This document shows, one piece after another, positions 6,832-10,546 of a DNA stretch of 10,546 nucleotides (position 1 is the stretch's first letter; every line of letters starts with the position of its first letter). The stretch is taken from assembly GCA_001563335.1 (NCBI GenBank), contig LRSL01000022.1:1-10546 (forward strand), read 5' to 3'. The position numbers and the translations under genes are program-made. The DNA is from Candidatus Thorarchaeota archaeon SMTZ1-45 (GTDB lineage Archaea > Asgardarchaeota > Thorarchaeia > Thorarchaeales > Thorarchaeaceae). A model generated the notes under the pieces. The model did no database searches, was not told the origin of the DNA, and saw nothing but the letters and a program-made list of their open reading frames with translations.

Positions 6832-7518
6832 CTAGAAGACAAGAATCATCAACAAGATATCAAAGATATCAACACCAAGATGTACGGTCCATGAAACGAA
6901 TATGCTCCATGTCCTCCAGTAAATCAATCCATAGATTGCACTATCGATGAAGACAGCCAATAGATCAAGGAGAACTATGAAGGGGTCACCTGGTGCCCAA
7001 TGCATCGCTGTCATGAAGAGAGAGCCTATGACAATCCCAATGAACAGACCATAGCGATTTGTGAAGCGTTCCTGAATCATACCACGGTCAACCAGCTCCT
7101 CAACAAAGGTCACAAAGATGATCATACTTAGAAACCCAGCCAGGACACCGATTCCTGCATCAGGTGACCACGGGATTCTACTGTAGATGTGTTCCATGAA
7201 GGGGGGAATAAACCAAGAGGTGCCCACTATCACAATGAACTGAATCACAAACACAACCAAGACAATCAGGTGCCAATTGGATTTGAGGGCGTTCAGATAG
7301 CCTCCACGTTTCACCCCAAACTCTGTCCAGGACCTATTTCTTCGTCTTCTCTCAATCAGTAGATAGGCGAGGGGCAGAAGCATCATGAGACCCTTGATCT
7401 CTTGTATCAAAATACTCAGAGCAACTGTCACCAACATGATGACTGTCAGTTCATAGAGTTGGGTGCTGTCTGTGTTTGGAATAATCTCAGCAGGTTGATT
7501 CAGTCCAGATTCGCTCAC
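6832..7518 (-). CDS. CPBP family intramembrane glutamic endopeptidase (type II CAAX protease / Rce1 / Abi family)
   Basis: Multi-TM protein with EExxxR (FVEELVDRG), GSLFMTAMH, G.IYWRT.SI and HLGVD motifs. The start is placed at GTG 7518 (MSESGLNQ) rather than 7578, because a TATA-like box lies inside the longer ORF's 5' end. Confidence 0.88.
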   Translation of the reverse strand: MSESGLNQPAEIIPNTDSTQLYELTVIMLVTVALSILIQEIKGLMMLLPLAYLLIERRRRNRSWTEFGVKRGGYLNALKSNWHLIVLVVFVIQFIVIVGTSWFIPPFMEHIYSRIPWSPDAGIGVLAGFLSMIIFVTFVEELVDRGMIQERFTNRYGLFIGIVIGSLFMTAMHWAPGDPFIVLLDLLAVFIDSAIYGLIYWRTWSIFVSWTVHLGVDIFDILLMILVF

Positions 7519-7542
7519 TCCAACACATGCACCTAATATCCT

Positions 7543-7560
7543 ATTATTAAGATGGTTTTC
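7543..7560 (-). promoter_or_regulatory. Putative archaeal BRE/TATA promoter of the CPBP gene
   Basis: The minus strand reads GAAAACcat-CTTAATAA. It ends ~25 nt before GTG 7518, the spacing expected for a leaderless or short-leader transcript. Confidence 0.45.
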
Positions 7561-7726
7561 AAAGAATATTGGGTTCACGAACCAAGCATTTGAGTGTCTT
7601 TTTTCCTATGCAAGACTGTGCAACGACAACTACTGCCTTGTAAATCTTGAAGAGAGAAGTGGTGTCAAGGCTATCGATAGGACCTTCGGAAATATGATAG
7701 TACTAGTGATAGTGGAAATTGATGTC

Positions 7727-7746
7727 ATCTGTGAGCTTCCACAGAT
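7727..7746 (-). terminator. Short hairpin immediately after the GH5 stop codon (possible terminator or 3' stabiliser)
   Basis: ATCTGTG-gaagct-CACAGAT is a perfect 7-bp stem that begins at the base after TAA. There is no strong U-tract. Confidence 0.35.
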
Positions 7747-9696
7747 TTAGTCGTCATCTAGCTCATCCTCTTCCAGCTCTACATGAAGCTGACCTTTTCT
7801 TCTCACTATCACTGAGCATACACCCTCACTCACAGGACTGACCAAAAGGAGCTGGTTCTCACTATCATACTCAACCTCTGTATTGATGGTGTCTATTGTG
7901 AAACCTGAAGGAAATTGGACTTTAGGGATATAGAGAGTGGTGGGGGCGGATATGGTTGGAGCTCCCTCAAACTCGACATGAAATGAGCCACCCTTAAGAT
8001 CAAAATCCATGAAGTGGGGCGTTCCAGCGAGATGAAGAAACCTCGGTCGGCAGAAGCCCTGAAGTGCTCGACCTCCACTGTCTATATGCGCAGGGTTAGT
8101 CCGTTGGTCTTTGCTGAAGATAGAGAAATCCTCTAAGTTCCATTGATCGCCCCATGTATTGTCGTTGTCCGGGGTGTAGTTCCAATGAAAGGCATGCAAC
8201 AGATTCTTGTCAAGGCTCTGATAGTACGTGTTGAGAGCTTGGATATGAGTCTTCCAAGCACCTTCGGGGTTTTTCTGAAACTCCTCGTATGCTTTCTTCT
8301 TATCAAGGTCGAAACAGAGGTTTATCTCACCTATGACAGTTGGAGTTTCTCCTGTAATCTTCTTGGTGAAGAGCTTGAGTGCTTTTTGCTGCTCTACGAA
8401 CATTTTCCGTATCTTCCCGCCACCAATGACTGTAGTTCCCTTCATGATGTCGTAGCTTGCTCTCCCCATGAATCGTTTCATGCCCATAGTTGCAACATCG
8501 AACCAGTGTGGAGCGTGCACAGAGTTGGGCGGGACCTCAAACTCCTTTACCTGACCTTTCAGTATCGGTTCAAAGGGAGCCTGCACGAAGATTATAGCTT
8601 CAGGAAAAACATCCCTGATACTTTTGGCATAGGAGAAGAGGAATGGAGAAAGATGGTCTTGATAGAAGTCAGTACCTGTGAAGTGCTCGTTCCGTAGAAT
8701 CTGGGGCACTTCATTCCTGTCAATTGTCCAGACTCCTTCATTCCTCCATATGTCTTTAGATTCATTGATCCATACTGAGACTCTGTTTGGGTTGATGAGG
8801 TCGCGCCGAGTTTCTTTGATGCCAAGACGTTTGACCTCACGGAATGGTATCTCACGAGAGTGCCCTGATGCAGTGAGCATTGCATCAATTGGAGTATAGG
8901 CATGCCCGAGTACCTCGCCCAAGTCACTATCTGAACCATCGACCAGACTACCAATCCATCCCTGATTGGGCTCATTAATGGGTTCAAACCCAAGAACACA
9001 ATCAAAGTCTCGAACTCTTCTAGCCAGCTGTACCAAGGAATTCGTGAAATGCTCCTGCAGAAATGTCTGAGCACTCGTTCCACTCACAGTGCAGGATTGT
9101 GCGAATTTCTCTCCGCCAAAGAATAGAGTCCACATCGTGCAGGAGGCAAAAGCAACTCGATTCTGACTCCAGCTCAACGGTCCGAAAGCCTTGGGATCAT
9201 TTGGGTCATATCGATGCTGCATGAGCGTAGCAGCCCCAGTCTCATCGAACTTTGTGAAGTCAATTCCCACAACCTCAAATGTCCAGCCAGGAGCACCATC
9301 TCCACCACACATGCGGCTCCAGACATCCTGATGAGGGTCAATTATCACATGGAGTCCAAAGGAATCGATGATCTTGAGAACCTCTTCAACATAGTCCAGA
9401 TATTCCAAATCATAGTTACCCGGACCTGCATGTTCGATAGCCTCCCATGTGGTGAGGAAACGAATTGCATTGAACCCCCAGTGCTTGATGCGTCGAAGAT
9501 GCTCATTGGCCTCCTCAAGAGGGAATGGACGACCAACAAAGGACACCTCTGTGTGGTCATGGAAGTCTGTCTTGAGATGAGTCGCACCATTGGGTCTGGT
9601 GGGTATCTTGGAGCTACCTGATAGATTCACTCCTCGAAGAAGGACTTTCCTGCCTGCTTCATCAACGAACCACTCTCCATCGATACTCAGACGCAT
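7747..9696 (-). CDS. Glycoside hydrolase family 5, subfamily 12-like (endoglycoceramidase-related; glucosylceramidase / steryl-beta-glucosidase-like) with C-terminal GH5_C beta domain
   Basis: LRGVNLSGSSKIP, VSFVGRPFPLEEANEH...WGFN..RFLTTWEAIEHAGPG.YD.EYLDY and DPHQDVWSR..GGDGAP.WT are characteristic of EGCrP/Egh1-type enzymes. The acid/base motif INEP (E242) and the nucleophile VIGE (E457) are present, as is WNYTPDN....GDQWN.EDFSIFS. No signal peptide. Confidence 0.92.
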   Translation of the reverse strand: MRLSIDGEWFVDEAGRKVLLRGVNLSGSSKIPTRPNGATHLKTDFHDHTEVSFVGRPFPLEEANEHLRRIKHWGFNAIRFLTTWEAIEHAGPGNYDLEYLDYVEEVLKIIDSFGLHVIIDPHQDVWSRMCGGDGAPGWTFEVVGIDFTKFDETGAATLMQHRYDPNDPKAFGPLSWSQNRVAFASCTMWTLFFGGEKFAQSCTVSGTSAQTFLQEHFTNSLVQLARRVRDFDCVLGFEPINEPNQGWIGSLVDGSDSDLGEVLGHAYTPIDAMLTASGHSREIPFREVKRLGIKETRRDLINPNRVSVWINESKDIWRNEGVWTIDRNEVPQILRNEHFTGTDFYQDHLSPFLFSYAKSIRDVFPEAIIFVQAPFEPILKGQVKEFEVPPNSVHAPHWFDVATMGMKRFMGRASYDIMKGTTVIGGGKIRKMFVEQQKALKLFTKKITGETPTVIGEINLCFDLDKKKAYEEFQKNPEGAWKTHIQALNTYYQSLDKNLLHAFHWNYTPDNDNTWGDQWNLEDFSIFSKDQRTNPAHIDSGGRALQGFCRPRFLHLAGTPHFMDFDLKGGSFHVEFEGAPTISAPTTLYIPKVQFPSGFTIDTINTEVEYDSENQLLLVSPVSEGVCSVIVRRKGQLHVELEEDELDDD

Positions 9697-9755
9697 TTTT
9701 ATCCCACGCTATGAACAACAGGACTTTCTTAATCAGATATTCCTTTTGTCAAGTA

Positions 9756-10538
9756 TTATGATACCTTCTTCTTTCTCTCTTCAAGAATGGCTTGAGGATA
9801 CTTTGCCTGAAAGAAGGGGATGCCGGACATGAAATGAACAAATCCCTGGATGAGGGGACCGGGGCGATGCATCCTGTCGAGATGTTCATCAAAGAAGATA
9901 TACCGATAAGGCTCAGCATACTTCCATCCGTTCACATGGAGTCCTCCCAGTAGGCGTGTGGGGCGTACAAGATGACGCATCCAGGACATTATCCACCACT
10001 GTGTCTTATGACAATCTATCGCTCTGTCTGCAACGTCTATATCCTCATTCGGAATTGGAAAGTAAGTGTTTGGACATAGGGAGTCGTAGAAGTAGAGCCT
10101 CGGTGTGTGCTTAAGAAGACCCTTGTTGATGACGTAGAAGACAGCACGACCTGTGTTGAGATGGTCCATGTGATAGTACCATGCATAGAGGCCCTCAGGG
10201 GCAACCACCACGTCAGGTCTGTGTTTCTTGAGATATTTGGCTATGTGATCAACAAAGACTCGGTCTAGGGTCACGAAACCATCGATATACCCCAAGTAGT
10301 CGATGTTCTCTCTAGGAATTCCATAAATGGCACAGGCATCGGCTAACTCGTTCTCTCGAATCCTGACCAAGAAGTCACCCTTAAGGTGGTCATACTCAGG
10401 TCCAGGGAGTCCAAATTCACCCTTAGTGACTGAGGCTATCCGAATCTCGTGTCCTCTTCTGCCCAGGTGGTACAGGAGGTGAGGACAGTTGATCTCAAGG
10501 TCATCAGGGTGTGCCTGAAAGAAGACATACTTTGTCAT
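9756..10538 (-). CDS. PIG-L / LmbE family N-acetylglucosaminyl de-N-acetylase
   Basis: Metal-binding AHPDD.E, TKGE, R..E...A, LGY.DG and HMDH (HxDH) motifs, plus A...H.TQ. Confidence 0.92.
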   Translation of the reverse strand: MTKYVFFQAHPDDLEINCPHLLYHLGRRGHEIRIASVTKGEFGLPGPEYDHLKGDFLVRIRENELADACAIYGIPRENIDYLGYIDGFVTLDRVFVDHIAKYLKKHRPDVVVAPEGLYAWYYHMDHLNTGRAVFYVINKGLLKHTPRLYFYDSLCPNTYFPIPNEDIDVADRAIDCHKTQWWIMSWMRHLVRPTRLLGGLHVNGWKYAEPYRYIFFDEHLDRMHRPGPLIQGFVHFMSGIPFFQAKYPQAILEERKKKVS

Positions 10539-10546
10539 AGCACAAC

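Noticed and set aside
7519-7578. N-terminal extension of the CPBP ORF from GTG 7578
   Set aside because: It is AT-rich and contains a BRE/TATA-like element, so GTG 7518 is the more plausible start.
7893-9832. Longer overlapping ORFs (8143-8697, 8592-9083, 9214-9621 and others)
   Set aside because: They are antisense or alternative-frame shadows of the well-supported GH5 gene, with no independent coding evidence.
4884-10538. The five minus-strand genes as a single operon
   Set aside because: Spacers of 59-256 bp, a hairpin after GH5 and a candidate internal promoter before CPBP argue against one transcript. Co-orientation alone is not sufficient.

Overview
Gene-dense, apparently archaeal window. 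The Thr/Pro-linker plus TM-anchored glycoprotein style, GGTGA ribosome-binding site and TATA-like promoters suggest an Asgard (Thorarchaeia-like) genome, but this is inference only. The + strand carries a 5'-truncated, sequon-rich surface protein with FG-GAP/VCBS repeats, a prenyltransferase/squalene-cyclase-like QW-repeat alpha/alpha barrel and beta domains. It appears split by a frameshift near 2787-2818 from its C-terminal part (three ~105-aa repeats, Thr/Pro linker, TM anchor). A hairpin/U-tract terminator and an Asp/Glu racemase homologue lacking its first catalytic Cys follow. The - strand carries five co-oriented membrane/lipid-related genes: PIG-L deacetylase, GH5_12-like glycolipid glucosidase, CPBP/Rce1-like CAAX protease, MscS channel and ICMT-family methyltransferase. 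Homologues of all three eukaryotic CAAX-processing families and two glycolipid-related enzymes therefore co-occur within about 10 kb. A functional link is unproven. No RNA genes, CRISPR arrays or mobile elements were recognised.
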